Below are positions 15,196-24,695 of a stretch of DNA of 64,000 nt, in pieces. Origin of the DNA: a virus. The stretch lies in IMG/VR virus record IMGVR_UViG_3300045988_120893, positions 1 through 64,000 of that record. The stretch is one strand, 5' to 3'. The stretch's first letter is position 1, and every line of letters starts with the position of its first letter. Position numbers and translations under genes: made by a program. The notes below the pieces were generated by a model. The model made no database searches and was not told the DNA's origin. It saw only the letters and a list, made by a program, of their open reading frames with translations.

Positions 15196-15281
15196 ATAAC
15201 CGATGCAAAGGCAGATTCCTACAATGATAGGTACTGCATACTGAGTAATGAATGAAATGTCGATGGCTCATGCACCTCCTT

Positions 15282-15557
15282 TCAAATCTGGTCGTGTGCT
15301 TTCCGGTTCAAATGTTTCTCGATCTTTTCAACAGCTTCCGTGACAGGACCATTGCATCCCTGTTCTTTCAATCCTTTCAGGCAAGCAAGGATTCCGTAAG
15401 TCAGAATGCATTGCTCTTCCTTCAGGATGTCAATGTCAATGTCCTGCTGTTTCTGCTTTTGGAGCCATTGGAATAGTACAAAAACAATTCCTATGATGGT
15501 CCCTAATGCAGTAATGACAGCCGCTGCTTGTATGATTGTCTCTGTTGTAATATACAT
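15282..15557 (-). CDS. Small membrane protein of the lysis cassette
   Basis: Start at MYITTETI (GAGAGGTG SD). One TM segment, AAAVITALGTIIGIVFVLF, then a charged coiled region. Confidence 0.6.
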   Translation of the reverse strand: MYITTETIIQAAAVITALGTIIGIVFVLFQWLQKQKQQDIDIDILKEEQCILTYGILACLKGLKEQGCNGPVTEAVEKIEKHLNRKAHDQI

Positions 15558-15571
15558 ATTTTCCACACCTC

Positions 15572-16771
15572 TCACATACCTGATACTGCGTCAGCGATAG
15601 GAACGTATTCAACACAGTCATCAATGTATATATTCTTATCGTTGTCAATAACAACAAGTTTCCCACCTACAGGATGTATAACAGATGCATAGCCATCATC
15701 AGGAATTGGTGCATAGTGCCATTTCATACCGTCAGGGCTGTTATAGATGTAATATCTGTCGGCGGCAAAGAAAGCACCTTCTCCAAATTTCATGCTGTGT
15801 GTGTGTCCTCCAAGTGTTTGTGCTCCTGAATATCTCCACTGACCATGAATCGTCATGACTGTAAATTCTCCAGGATATGCACCTACGAATAATCCTTTGC
15901 CGTAAGCGGCTGAATTTGGAACCTTTTCGTTAGAATTTAACTTCGCTTCTTTAACCTGGCTGTAAAAATTTGTTGAAGGAATAGCATAGAAAAGATAATC
16001 AATTGTTGAACTGCTTGAAATATAATAAGTAAGTCCTACGAACATCTTTTCAATATAGTCATAGCATAATGTATGAACATATTTGTTAAACTTTTGAACG
16101 ATTGTCGCTCCGTTATCTTCCGTGATATAGAAAGCTCCCGCATCCTGACTGGTACCTGATGTTTCGTTAGAAGCACCGATTGCAAATATACCGTCACCAT
16201 ATGCGATTGAACGTACTACATAATTTACAGGGAGTGCCGCCCCAACAGTCCAGTTAATACCGTCAGTCGATCTTGCAATTTTCTGGTCTCCGTCTACTGT
16301 TACTTCACATATGAACACACCGTTTCCAAAGCAAAGATTATAACCTGCGCTGAACGTCTGATTTCTTAAAGTCCAGTTCAACAAATCTGTTGAAGTATAA
16401 ATATTTCCGGAACTATCAATAACTACATGAACACCGTTACCGGATGCCATTGCATCCGCATAAAATCCAAGAGTTCCAACTTTCGTTAGTGCTGTGACAG
16501 GTTTTGGACGTTTTACTGTCTTAATAGATTCAATAATTTCAGACAGCCACTCTTCTCCATGGTTGATTTGTTCCGTTGATAATTCAGCAAGGACAGAAGG
16601 TGTCGGGTCTACAAATTCTCCTGTAGAAGAATCATAATACTTCCCAATCAAATCTCCTGAATTGAACTGTTCCTCTGAAATAGGAATCATTGTTGGTGCT
16701 GTGATAGTAGAAGCAGATGATATCGTATTCGTTACAATATTTGAGCTGTCAATCATAGCATAATAATACAT
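15572..16771 (-). CDS. Tail-fibre-associated / receptor-binding candidate with beta-propeller-like repeats
   Basis: Start at MYYYAMIDSS (AAAGAGG SD). Recurrent G-x-G-x-F...S-x-D-G-x-x-W blades (GNGVHVVIDSSGNIYTSTDLLNWT, GNGVFICE..STDGINWT, GDGIFAIG, GKGLFVGA, GEGAFFAA..SPDGMKWH). Confidence 0.6.
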   Translation of the reverse strand: MYYYAMIDSSNIVTNTISSASTITAPTMIPISEEQFNSGDLIGKYYDSSTGEFVDPTPSVLAELSTEQINHGEEWLSEIIESIKTVKRPKPVTALTKVGTLGFYADAMASGNGVHVVIDSSGNIYTSTDLLNWTLRNQTFSAGYNLCFGNGVFICEVTVDGDQKIARSTDGINWTVGAALPVNYVVRSIAYGDGIFAIGASNETSGTSQDAGAFYITEDNGATIVQKFNKYVHTLCYDYIEKMFVGLTYYISSSSTIDYLFYAIPSTNFYSQVKEAKLNSNEKVPNSAAYGKGLFVGAYPGEFTVMTIHGQWRYSGAQTLGGHTHSMKFGEGAFFAADRYYIYNSPDGMKWHYAPIPDDGYASVIHPVGGKLVVIDNDKNIYIDDCVEYVPIADAVSGM

Positions 16772-16840
16772 AATTACCTCTTTCTGCGTGCCATGGCTAT
16801 GCACGGCACGACTTTAAAACACGTTTACGGTTACATTAGG

Positions 16841-17584
16841 TTATCCGAGTGCAATCCATTTCAGGTCAGTTGCAGCTCCAGTGTTAATCATGGAGAATCC
16901 TGTGTCTGTAATGGTAAAAGCGTTTGCACGTCTGGAAAGTGTGTTTCCGATTCCGTTCGCACTGTCGGAGATCTGATGTGTGGTTACACCTGTAATATCC
17001 GGGGAAACATACACACCCATGTTGAAGTTACTCAATCCTGTGCCAAAATTGTAGACTATTACAATCTTAGGCCTGAAAGTTGTTGTTCCTTCTATCGTTG
17101 ATTGAATTGTGTATTCGTTCATGCTTCCGGTAGCCACCTGTAACCCTGTGGAAATCTGACCGATTGCAGAAGCAAGTTCTGAAAATGTCGGGTTTGACGG
17201 AATTGTAATGCTGTCATCTACGCCAGTGATAGCATTAGCAATAGCCGTTTTACCATCACTGGCAGACTGAAAAACCTGATTGATTGCTGCCACAAGGTTA
17301 TTCGGTGTATTATCTCCTATGGAAAGACCTGTTTCATCTCCTATGAATAGGTCAAGCCTTCTGTTCCCTATCGACACCTTTTCTGCAAGCATTGTACAGT
17401 TTGCCGTTTCACTTGCGTCCTCAAACTGCTGCGTTTCAAAGTTGTATACCTTTCCGACAACGCTAGTGTCATATGAAGAAAGTGGGATATACTCATTTAC
17501 ATTGTAATCCGTTAATTCTTCTTCAAGCTGAATCACCTCTTCGCAAACGTGTGTTGCGGCATTAAGTATTGCGTAATAATACAT
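16841..17584 (-). CDS. Tail-fibre-associated protein sharing the MYYYA N-terminal module
   Basis: MYYYAILNAATHV... parallels the N-terminus of 15572..16771. GAGGTAG SD. Confidence 0.6.
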   Translation of the reverse strand: MYYYAILNAATHVCEEVIQLEEELTDYNVNEYIPLSSYDTSVVGKVYNFETQQFEDASETANCTMLAEKVSIGNRRLDLFIGDETGLSIGDNTPNNLVAAINQVFQSASDGKTAIANAITGVDDSITIPSNPTFSELASAIGQISTGLQVATGSMNEYTIQSTIEGTTTFRPKIVIVYNFGTGLSNFNMGVYVSPDITGVTTHQISDSANGIGNTLSRRANAFTITDTGFSMINTGAATDLKWIALG

Positions 17585-17620
17585 AAATCTACCTCATATC
17601 TTTCTTTCATGGTGTATTCG

Positions 17621-18526
17621 TTAAAATACGATTTTAATAAGGTTACTATTAATTCTTTCAATTACTCTGTAAGTATTTTTTGTGTGTTCTTTTGCTTTTG
17701 TAGATATTCCACCAGAAACAGGTCTGCAGTACCCATTAACTTCACAGGTCCCATCATCACGAACAACAAGCACTCCATTCATCCCAATAGCATCCCACTC
17801 TTTCCTATCTGATCTTGGAATATATTTTTGAGTTGGATCATAGTCTGGATTTTGTACGAATGAGCCATTATCAACGATTAAGGAACCGTATTCATCCTTT
17901 AACCATCTTCCCTGCCAATCTTCATCTGCGTTTCCTATAACACCTGGAAACGAACTTACAGCTCCCAAAACAAAATCAGATTCTGTAATATCTTTGTCAA
18001 TCAGCTTTATTTTTTCGCCATCCAGTGTTACAAAGTACCCTCTTCTGTCCTCTCCTGTTGGATTCCCATCTAACCATTCGAAATACTCCGCATAATCCGC
18101 ACCGGATGTAGAGTATTCTCCCATAATAAATAGATTTCCGTTTGTTCTAAGTCGGAGTGCGTTTGACCTACTTGTTTCGGATGTTCCATTTCCTACTGCG
18201 AACAAATCACCTACAGAGGTGCTGTCTTCTACAGAACCAGTAATATTGCTGTCATTCGCCCATTTCCCAAAGATCGTGTTGAAATGCTTCGCAAGGTTTC
18301 CTTTCCCATAGGCAGCAGAATAATTTCCGTTTGCTTCAGATTCGGAATCCACAGCCTGAACAGAGCCTGTTCCGGCACCTTTCACAGAACCTACTTTTGC
18401 AAGATCGTTTTCTACTGTCGATTCGTTGCTATCTCCTGTGAATACGGCAGCCGCATGTGTTATTGGGAAAAACCTTTCTTTTGTTTCTGTTGATTTGTTA
18501 AGAAGTTTCAGCCATTTCAAAGACAT
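17621..18526 (-). CDS. Tail fibre/spike protein with Peptidase_G2-like intramolecular chaperone domain
   Basis: GADYAEYFEWLDGNP..RRGYFVTLDGEKI...GVIGNADEDWQGRWLKDEYG resembles the phi29 gp12-type IMC autoproteolytic domain (from memory). Confidence 0.7.
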   Translation of the reverse strand: MSLKWLKLLNKSTETKERFFPITHAAAVFTGDSNESTVENDLAKVGSVKGAGTGSVQAVDSESEANGNYSAAYGKGNLAKHFNTIFGKWANDSNITGSVEDSTSVGDLFAVGNGTSETSRSNALRLRTNGNLFIMGEYSTSGADYAEYFEWLDGNPTGEDRRGYFVTLDGEKIKLIDKDITESDFVLGAVSSFPGVIGNADEDWQGRWLKDEYGSLIVDNGSFVQNPDYDPTQKYIPRSDRKEWDAIGMNGVLVVRDDGTCEVNGYCRPVSGGISTKAKEHTKNTYRVIERINSNLIKIVF

Positions 18527-18627
18527 GTCTTATCTCCTTTCTTTGTTCACTATTGAGCAATCACCTCCCAATAGTATTATATTACAATATCAGGTAATTG
18601 TATTCCCTTTTTGAAAATTTTTCCACT

Positions 18628-19239
18628 TTACAATATCCTAAACTCTACATAGGTTCCACTTGGCAGTTTTGAATCAAATGTAACTACTATTGCAGATGCG
18701 GAATACTGTACGATTGATTCTATGTTGATGGAACTATTGCCGCAACATTTAATAAACCTGAAACTGTTTCCACCCATGTACGAACAGACAAACTTATCTG
18801 CATAAATATCCGTATGGTCAAAAGAAACTACAGTGATTTCAAACGGGTCTGTAGTTCCTCCTTCGAATGATATTCCTACAGAAATTGTGTCTACGTCTGT
18901 ATGTAATAATGTCGGGTCTTTCTTCTGTAATTCTGATAGCAGGTTATTTACCTCTGATTTTGTGTAAACATCTGTGGATTCCGCTTTATTTGTGTTTAGA
19001 AGGTTGTAATTTGCTGTTTCCTGCTCAGAAACGGCATTGATTTTTGCGAGGATAACAGGGGAAATTTCAGCTTCCGTGCTTGCCGACTGGTCGTAATCTT
19101 CCGTATCCAAAAGCACTTCATCAAGCGTTGTTCCGTTCTGGTAATCTGTATACACCGTCTTTGCATGAGCAAAGGCAAAGACCTTAGTGTATACGTCATT
19201 GATTTTTTTCTTTACCCATCCGGTTTTATAAGATGCCAT
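18628..19239 (-). CDS. Tail fibre protein (set 2) sharing a shaft module with 21432..22286
   Basis: Contains DTEDYDQSASTEAEISPVILAKINAVSEQ..NYNLLNTNKAESTDVYTKSEVNNL, duplicated at DNA level. Confidence 0.7.
   Translation of the reverse strand: MASYKTGWVKKKINDVYTKVFAFAHAKTVYTDYQNGTTLDEVLLDTEDYDQSASTEAEISPVILAKINAVSEQETANYNLLNTNKAESTDVYTKSEVNNLLSELQKKDPTLLHTDVDTISVGISFEGGTTDPFEITVVSFDHTDIYADKFVCSYMGGNSFRFIKCCGNSSINIESIVQYSASAIVVTFDSKLPSGTYVEFRIL
18940..19107. repeat. 168-bp direct repeat, copy 1 (copy 2 at 22002..22169)
   Basis: Offset of exactly 3062 bp with only a handful of mismatches. Lies inside two tail-fibre genes. Confidence 0.9.
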
Positions 19240-19271
19240 GGTACCTCCTGTTCTGTGATGTCATGTCACGT

Positions 19272-19403
19272 TTACTTATAATCTTTTCCTGTGATTTCCT
19301 TGTATTGCTCTTTTGTAATAAGGCCTTTTTTAACCGCAATCTTAACAAGAACAATATTCCAGAGTCCTTTTTCATAATTCGACTTAATTGTTTCAAAATC
19401 CAT
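19272..19403 (-). CDS. XkdX-like small tail-region protein (43 aa)
   Basis: Not in the ORF track (<60 aa). MDFETIKSNYEKGLWNIVLVKIAVKKGLITKEQYKEITGKDYK matches my recollection of the XkdX pattern (W...VK..V.KG.IT..EY..ITG). Confidence 0.65.
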   Translation of the reverse strand: MDFETIKSNYEKGLWNIVLVKIAVKKGLITKEQYKEITGKDYK

Positions 19404-19404
19404 A

Positions 19405-19785
19405 TTAGATCACCTCGCTTTCTTCATCAGGAAGTGCCATCATTACCTGTGCTTCCAGCGCAGCCGCAATCCGTTCTTCGGCTGTCACAGATTCCTCTTC
19501 CTTCGGTTTGTTCATTTCATCTTCGAATGCCTCGATTGCGTCAAGGTGCTCCTGCTGTGTTGTGCATCCTGTGAAGTCACATCCCATCTTTTCATACATG
19601 TCAATGAATGATGTGTACTCCGTGCAGAATGAGCCGTTGATTTTACCTCCGCCGATTACAAGGTTAAGTCCATCCAGCTTCGCCATCGGGTACTTGTCTG
19701 CCCATTCTTCGGCTGTATAGACTTTCCCTGTCGGTACGATAACCGGACTTACTTCGTCCCATATTTGATATTTTTTGTATAGCAT
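19405..19785 (-). CDS. Hypothetical tail-region protein (XkdW position)
   Basis: 126-aa ORF immediately upstream of the XkdX-like gene. Confidence 0.6.
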   Translation of the reverse strand: MLYKKYQIWDEVSPVIVPTGKVYTAEEWADKYPMAKLDGLNLVIGGGKINGSFCTEYTSFIDMYEKMGCDFTGCTTQQEHLDAIEAFEDEMNKPKEEESVTAEERIAAALEAQVMMALPDEESEVI

Positions 19786-19803
19786 TTAAAAAAAACTCCT
19801 TTC

Positions 19804-21420
19804 TTATTTTACTTCAACTACAAGGGTTGGAAATGTGTATCCACTTACATTAGAAATTAATGGAAAAATCAAATAACTATCATCTACAATTCCTATACCA
19901 CTATCTGGAAAATATCCGTATTCTGATTTCCATTCTAAATTCATTGTTCCAGAGTATGTGATTCCATCTTCTAATATTGACATTAAATAATCTGTCGTTT
20001 CATCTTCATTTTTCACACCATATGTACATAACGCAAGATTTTTAATCGGTCTATGTGTGCAACCTCCTTTTGCGATAATTCGTCCGAAAGACGTTTGGGT
20101 TAAATCAATATCGTACGAAACAGTTTCATCCGTTGCATATACAACCGTGTATTCTCCAAATTCACATGAATTACTATCATTAGTGTTCGAACCTATAATT
20201 AGGTTTCCGGCTGAAATTTTGGTTAAATCTGAACTGTATGCCTCTACTTGATAAGTTTCTTTCCCCTCATAAGACTGACCCCCAACATATACAGCATATT
20301 CTCCAACACAGAATGCATTAATATTCATTTTTGCAACGGAAAGTGATGCAAGTGTTGTCTTTGTAAATGTATCATTAGAAAATCCTTCTACGCTAGTTGT
20401 ACATATTCCTGTTGTACTCCATCCTATTAATCCACCTGCACATATTGAATGCGTTGGCGATGATGTTGAAGATCCATGCGATCTTTTTTTCGACAAAGAT
20501 GTCAGAGACGATTTTGTTAAGTCATTATTGTATTTTTCTACAGTAGTTATTTGATCACTACATTTGCTTCCTCCAATAAATATTGTAGCTGTACCATCAT
20601 GCAGCGATGCGGCAGAATTAATTCTTTGTCTTACGTCGGATAAATTAGGTGCAGAAGCCCTTGTCAAATCCTTATCTATTGCATCAACTATATTAGTTAC
20701 ATCAGACTGAATGTTTGTATATAAACCTCCGCCTGCGAAAAGAACGTAATCTTGTACATAACCCCTGCTACCCCATGCATGATTCGCAGACGACAAGCCT
20801 GTTAGATATCCATTTAATTTCACTTCCGCCCTGGAACTGTAAGCAAGTTTCGCTTTTTCTCCTACTCCTACATATGCTCTCCATATTTTTTTCGCAAGTT
20901 CTTTTTCTTCATACCCAACAAGAACTTCCTGAAATGTATCATGCACAAGATTGCTGAATGTACATATGTCACTGTTGGAATTAACCGAACTGTCTTTAGC
21001 ATATTTGAACGTTATAGAATCCCCAGCACTCATGTCATAACTGAGAGAACCGCTTGTTACGCCACTTACCGCATTAACCCTTGTAGTTGTCGTACCGCCT
21101 ATTGTCGTTGTAATCGTCAGTTTGTCATAGTTTGACTCACTGCTGCACGTATAATTGAAGGATACCTTCCCATCAGATTTCAGTGTGAGAACCGTCTGGG
21201 CTGTAGACGAATTTACTGCCTTGTTGTTAGATGTCCAAGTGCCGGAACTTCCAGCAAAGTAATATGTGCTGTTCGTAACATTGAAGTATTCTCCAATATT
21301 GTCTACCGTGATGGTTACTTTTTCTCCTGTTGTCTCGTATATTGGAACTCTTGTTGGAACTCCGACATATCCTTTCAATATCTTCTTAGCTTTTCCATTT
21401 ACACCTATATATGCTCCCAT
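19804..21420 (-). CDS. Tail fibre / receptor-binding protein with Kelch-like repeats
   Basis: 538 aa. Repeated ...GG....V..Y...L.K.. blades (FAGGGLYT, FIGGSKCSD..VEKYNNDLTK, CAGGLIGW, YVGGQSYEG..VEAYSSDLTK). Confidence 0.65.
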   Translation of the reverse strand: MGAYIGVNGKAKKILKGYVGVPTRVPIYETTGEKVTITVDNIGEYFNVTNSTYYFAGSSGTWTSNNKAVNSSTAQTVLTLKSDGKVSFNYTCSSESNYDKLTITTTIGGTTTTRVNAVSGVTSGSLSYDMSAGDSITFKYAKDSSVNSNSDICTFSNLVHDTFQEVLVGYEEKELAKKIWRAYVGVGEKAKLAYSSRAEVKLNGYLTGLSSANHAWGSRGYVQDYVLFAGGGLYTNIQSDVTNIVDAIDKDLTRASAPNLSDVRQRINSAASLHDGTATIFIGGSKCSDQITTVEKYNNDLTKSSLTSLSKKRSHGSSTSSPTHSICAGGLIGWSTTGICTTSVEGFSNDTFTKTTLASLSVAKMNINAFCVGEYAVYVGGQSYEGKETYQVEAYSSDLTKISAGNLIIGSNTNDSNSCEFGEYTVVYATDETVSYDIDLTQTSFGRIIAKGGCTHRPIKNLALCTYGVKNEDETTDYLMSILEDGITYSGTMNLEWKSEYGYFPDSGIGIVDDSYLIFPLISNVSGYTFPTLVVEVK

Positions 21421-21431
21421 GCTTCCACCGC

Positions 21432-22286
21432 CTATTCCACATAAACGAAGTACAGGGCACCATCAGCAAGCTCCGATTCTCCGGCAACAAGGTCATCCGT
21501 TCCATAGGATATATTTGCTGTGCTTCCTGCTCCTGATGAATCACGAAGGTAACATTCTTCGAATCCATTCACGGGCTCATAATCCGTTAGTGTGTCAACA
21601 TCAACGGTTGTGATGTTGAATGTCCCTCCTCCTGATGAACCGCTTCCTTTTAGGTATTTAGCTCCCGTATCCGTCATTCCAATCACATACATTGTGTTAT
21701 TGTCATTTTCATCAATTTCTAATTTAATAAATACATTTGATGTTATTCCTGACACGTTGAAATCAATGGAGATACTGACATTATCTATTGTTAAATAATA
21801 AAAAAGTGAACCCTCACTAATATGTACAGGGAAGTAATACGTCCCCTTTGTGTATGCATTATATCCTTTGTTTGATAACCTTATCATCATATCGTTTTGA
21901 AGAATATATCCGCTCCCACCGCCTTGATAATTGTAGTCAACACTTCCGCAAAAAATATAGTTATCATTGATCGGCAATACAGAACTTCCACCAGAAGCCA
22001 CCAGGTTATTTACCTCTGATTTTGTGTAAACATCTGTGGATTCCGCTTTATTCGTGTTTAGAAGGTTGTAGTTTGATGTCACCTGTTCAGAAACGGCATT
22101 GATTTTTGCGAGGATAACAGGGGAAATTTCAGCTTCCGTGCTTGCTGTCTGGTCGTAATCTTCCGTATCTACCATAGATTCAAACTCTTCATCTATCAGG
22201 TCCATATTATTATTGATAACGGATATGTCTGGTGCGTCAGAATCGGAAGGCTTAGTAAGTCCAAGATTTGTTGTCTGTGTTGCCAC
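21432..22286 (-). CDS. Tail fibre protein (set 1)
   Basis: GTG start. MATQTTNLGLTKPSDSD... is a typical fibre N-terminus. Shares the duplicated shaft module. Confidence 0.75.
   Translation of the reverse strand: MATQTTNLGLTKPSDSDAPDISVINNNMDLIDEEFESMVDTEDYDQTASTEAEISPVILAKINAVSEQVTSNYNLLNTNKAESTDVYTKSEVNNLVASGGSSVLPINDNYIFCGSVDYNYQGGGSGYILQNDMMIRLSNKGYNAYTKGTYYFPVHISEGSLFYYLTIDNVSISIDFNVSGITSNVFIKLEIDENDNNTMYVIGMTDTGAKYLKGSGSSGGGTFNITTVDVDTLTDYEPVNGFEECYLRDSSGAGSTANISYGTDDLVAGESELADGALYFVYVE
22002..22169. repeat. 168-bp direct repeat, copy 2
   Basis: See 18940..19107. Confidence 0.9.
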
Positions 22287-22290
22287 TTAA

Positions 22291-22464
22291 TCAACTCCTT
22301 TCTACCAAAGAGCCCCATGTTTTTTCTGTTTTTAACGTGTTCCACGTATAGTTTTTCTTCAAGTAGTCCCACGTTACCAGGGAAACAGTCAATTTGAACT
22401 GTTCCCCTGTATTCACTGGGTTTTTACTTAATTTAATTTCTTCGATCTTGTGTATCGCAGCCAT
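22291..22464 (-). CDS. Small hypothetical protein (57 aa)
   Basis: Not in the track. MAAIHKIEEIKLSKNPVNTGEQFKLTVSL... echoes the C-terminal Ig-like segment of the upstream gene (IQIVPNPVDTGKTFTISVTV). Confidence 0.45.
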   Translation of the reverse strand: MAAIHKIEEIKLSKNPVNTGEQFKLTVSLVTWDYLKKNYTWNTLKTEKTWGSLVERS

Positions 22465-22477
22465 GATTCATACCTCA

Positions 22478-23374
22478 TCAATCGTCATCTGTTACAGTTA
22501 CGGAGATAGTGAAGGTCTTACCTGTATCAACAGGATTAGGAACGATCTGAATGTATGTGATGACAGGGGCTGATGTGCTCATTCGTACCGTTCTTGTTAC
22601 TGTTGATGATTTCCCTGCTGAATCCGTTGAAACAATCGTGATTGTATTAATTCCGGAAGTAAGATTAACAACCTTAGAGAAGGAACCGTCAGAATTTACG
22701 GTTGTTGTCTCTCCGTTGATGGTAAGTGTTACCGGGGAAGATGTGACATCATTCGTTGTACCTGTCACAGTAACCGTTGACTTATTCGTGACAAGTCCTT
22801 CTGTCGGGTTTGTAACCGTAAGAACCGGTGGAACGGTATCTACAGTGAATGTTGTCGCACTTGTTTCTTTTTCGTTCCCATCGTTGTCAGATGCGTGTAT
22901 CGTCAAGCTGTGTTCTCCATCCGTAAGATAGCTTGACGGAGTGAATGAGCAGCTATAACCGTTAGTGATTGCTGTTTTCGTGATTCCTGATGTATAGGTG
23001 GTATCATCAATTTTCACAGAGATAGAATCCGGATCCACTCCTGAATGGCTGTCTAAAACAGTGAATTTGATTTCCGGTGTGTTATTTGTGATGGTAGATC
23101 CAGATGTCGGGCTTGTCAGATTGATTGTCGGGGCTACTGTTTCTTTTACTACCAATTTCAGTTTTTCCCCGAATGTGCTGTCTGTCGTTGTTATTGTTGT
23201 TGTGTTTCCGGCATCATCCTCAGCTGTAATCGTTACTGGGTAATAATGCCCCGATTGTGTGTAAGATGTTTCTGAAGGTGCCGTTATGGTAGCTTCATAC
23301 TTACCTGTATCGCTGTTAAGCACAAGTGTATGAGTTTGTCCGTTTATGATTGCACTTACTGTTTTTACTGCCAT
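22478..23374 (-). CDS. Baseplate/tail protein with tandem Ig-like domains
   Basis: Thr/Ser-rich beta-repeat pattern (TITAEDDAGNTTT, LTIHASDNDGNEKE, TIVSTDSAGKSST). Confidence 0.7.
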   Translation of the reverse strand: MAVKTVSAIINGQTHTLVLNSDTGKYEATITAPSETSYTQSGHYYPVTITAEDDAGNTTTITTTDSTFGEKLKLVVKETVAPTINLTSPTSGSTITNNTPEIKFTVLDSHSGVDPDSISVKIDDTTYTSGITKTAITNGYSCSFTPSSYLTDGEHSLTIHASDNDGNEKETSATTFTVDTVPPVLTVTNPTEGLVTNKSTVTVTGTTNDVTSSPVTLTINGETTTVNSDGSFSKVVNLTSGINTITIVSTDSAGKSSTVTRTVRMSTSAPVITYIQIVPNPVDTGKTFTISVTVTDDD

Positions 23375-23390
23375 ACAATTTTTCTCCTTT

Positions 23391-23894
23391 CTATTCCGTT
23401 ATGTCTGTACCTAATTCAACTGTATCGTCTATCATGTCCAGAACCGCTCCAATGGTAACGAATCCGCTTGTGTTCAGATTGATTTCAATTTCTGCATCCG
23501 TTGAATTTTCGAATGTTGATGTAAATTCCACAAGATACCCAGGAGAATCTGTATTTGACGGTATAGGCTTTGACACATCCGACTGTGCAATCGCAAATAA
23601 TATTTCTCCTTCCTGTGGATCTGTCGCATAGAACCCAAGCTGATACAGATTATATCCGTCTGAAAGAGAAGTATTATCCAGCAAAGATTTAATGCTGAAT
23701 CTATTTTCACTTACTTTTACCTCTTCCATGGACAGTGTTTGTTCGATACTGGTTACATAAGTCTGGTCTTTCAAATTTACGACCGGTACAGTTCCGGAAC
23801 CGGAAACGCATTTCGTAAATGATATTGTTGCACCAGATACGGTTTTTGCTTCAAGCGCAAGGCCTTTGTTTGTTTTTGTGCAGGACCAAGCCAT
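23391..23894 (-). CDS. Tail-collar fibre-like protein
   Basis: The N-terminal TNKGLALEAK...ISFTKCVSGSG pattern is as in P2 gpH/DUF3751-type proteins (from memory). Confidence 0.6.
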   Translation of the reverse strand: MAWSCTKTNKGLALEAKTVSGATISFTKCVSGSGTVPVVNLKDQTYVTSIEQTLSMEEVKVSENRFSIKSLLDNTSLSDGYNLYQLGFYATDPQEGEILFAIAQSDVSKPIPSNTDSPGYLVEFTSTFENSTDAEIEINLNTSGFVTIGAVLDMIDDTVELGTDITE

Positions 23895-24685
23895 TAGTTC
23901 ATCACCTCCAGGTTGATTTTTTCATATTCATGCAGCCCAAAGCCTGAATATGATTGAGATGCAATGCTTTCCGTCTCAGCCGTCCTTATAACGTAATTCA
24001 GGTGTGCGGGAAGTTTCCTGTCCAGTTCTTCTTTCAAAACTGACAGATTCGATATATAACCATGAATATTGATTGTAATTGTATTCGTGGAAGCATTTTC
24101 CTGAATGTCGCTTTCTTTCCCGGTATAAGCATAAACTATCTGTCTTATCCTGTAAGGGGTTATCGGCTTATTCTTATACATGATTGACATTAAGGATTGT
24201 CTTCTCTGCTGTATCGTCTTTCTTTCATCAGGTGTGATTCCGTATTCATCTTCCCAGAGCCTTATTCCCCATGTGACTGTCTGTGGGAACATCTGTGATA
24301 TGAAATCACCATCAGCAAATCCAAGATCATAAGATAGTGTCTTTCCGATTGCTTCAAATACATAAAGTGACAGCTTCGACCTGTCGTAAACCGGTGCAAC
24401 CGTATCAAGCATCCTGTTTCCAAGCTCATTTGTCAAAATTTTCTGTCTTACATCTTCGGTATTTCCATCAGATACACGAACTTTCAGCATAAGTGTGTCC
24501 TTAAAACGAATATCTGAGGAATCAACGACAACTGTGTTTCCTGAATCGTCTGTAGCAGTAATGGACACATTATAGTTTGCTGAATTATTAGGTGCAGGTA
24601 TAGACCTGCTGAATTTAGTCTCACTTTCTTTTTCAAGATTATACTGTTTGCCATTTACTTTTGCATTAACTTCCGTGACCGACAT
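23894..24685 (-). CDS. Baseplate wedge protein, XkdU/YmfQ (DUF2313)-like
   Basis: Position after the baseplate J gene. ...WGIRLWEDEYGI...RRQSLMS... pattern. Confidence 0.7.
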   Translation of the reverse strand: MSVTEVNAKVNGKQYNLEKESETKFSRSIPAPNNSANYNVSITATDDSGNTVVVDSSDIRFKDTLMLKVRVSDGNTEDVRQKILTNELGNRMLDTVAPVYDRSKLSLYVFEAIGKTLSYDLGFADGDFISQMFPQTVTWGIRLWEDEYGITPDERKTIQQRRQSLMSIMYKNKPITPYRIRQIVYAYTGKESDIQENASTNTITINIHGYISNLSVLKEELDRKLPAHLNYVIRTAETESIASQSYSGFGLHEYEKINLEVMN

Positions 24686-24695
24686 GATACACCCC

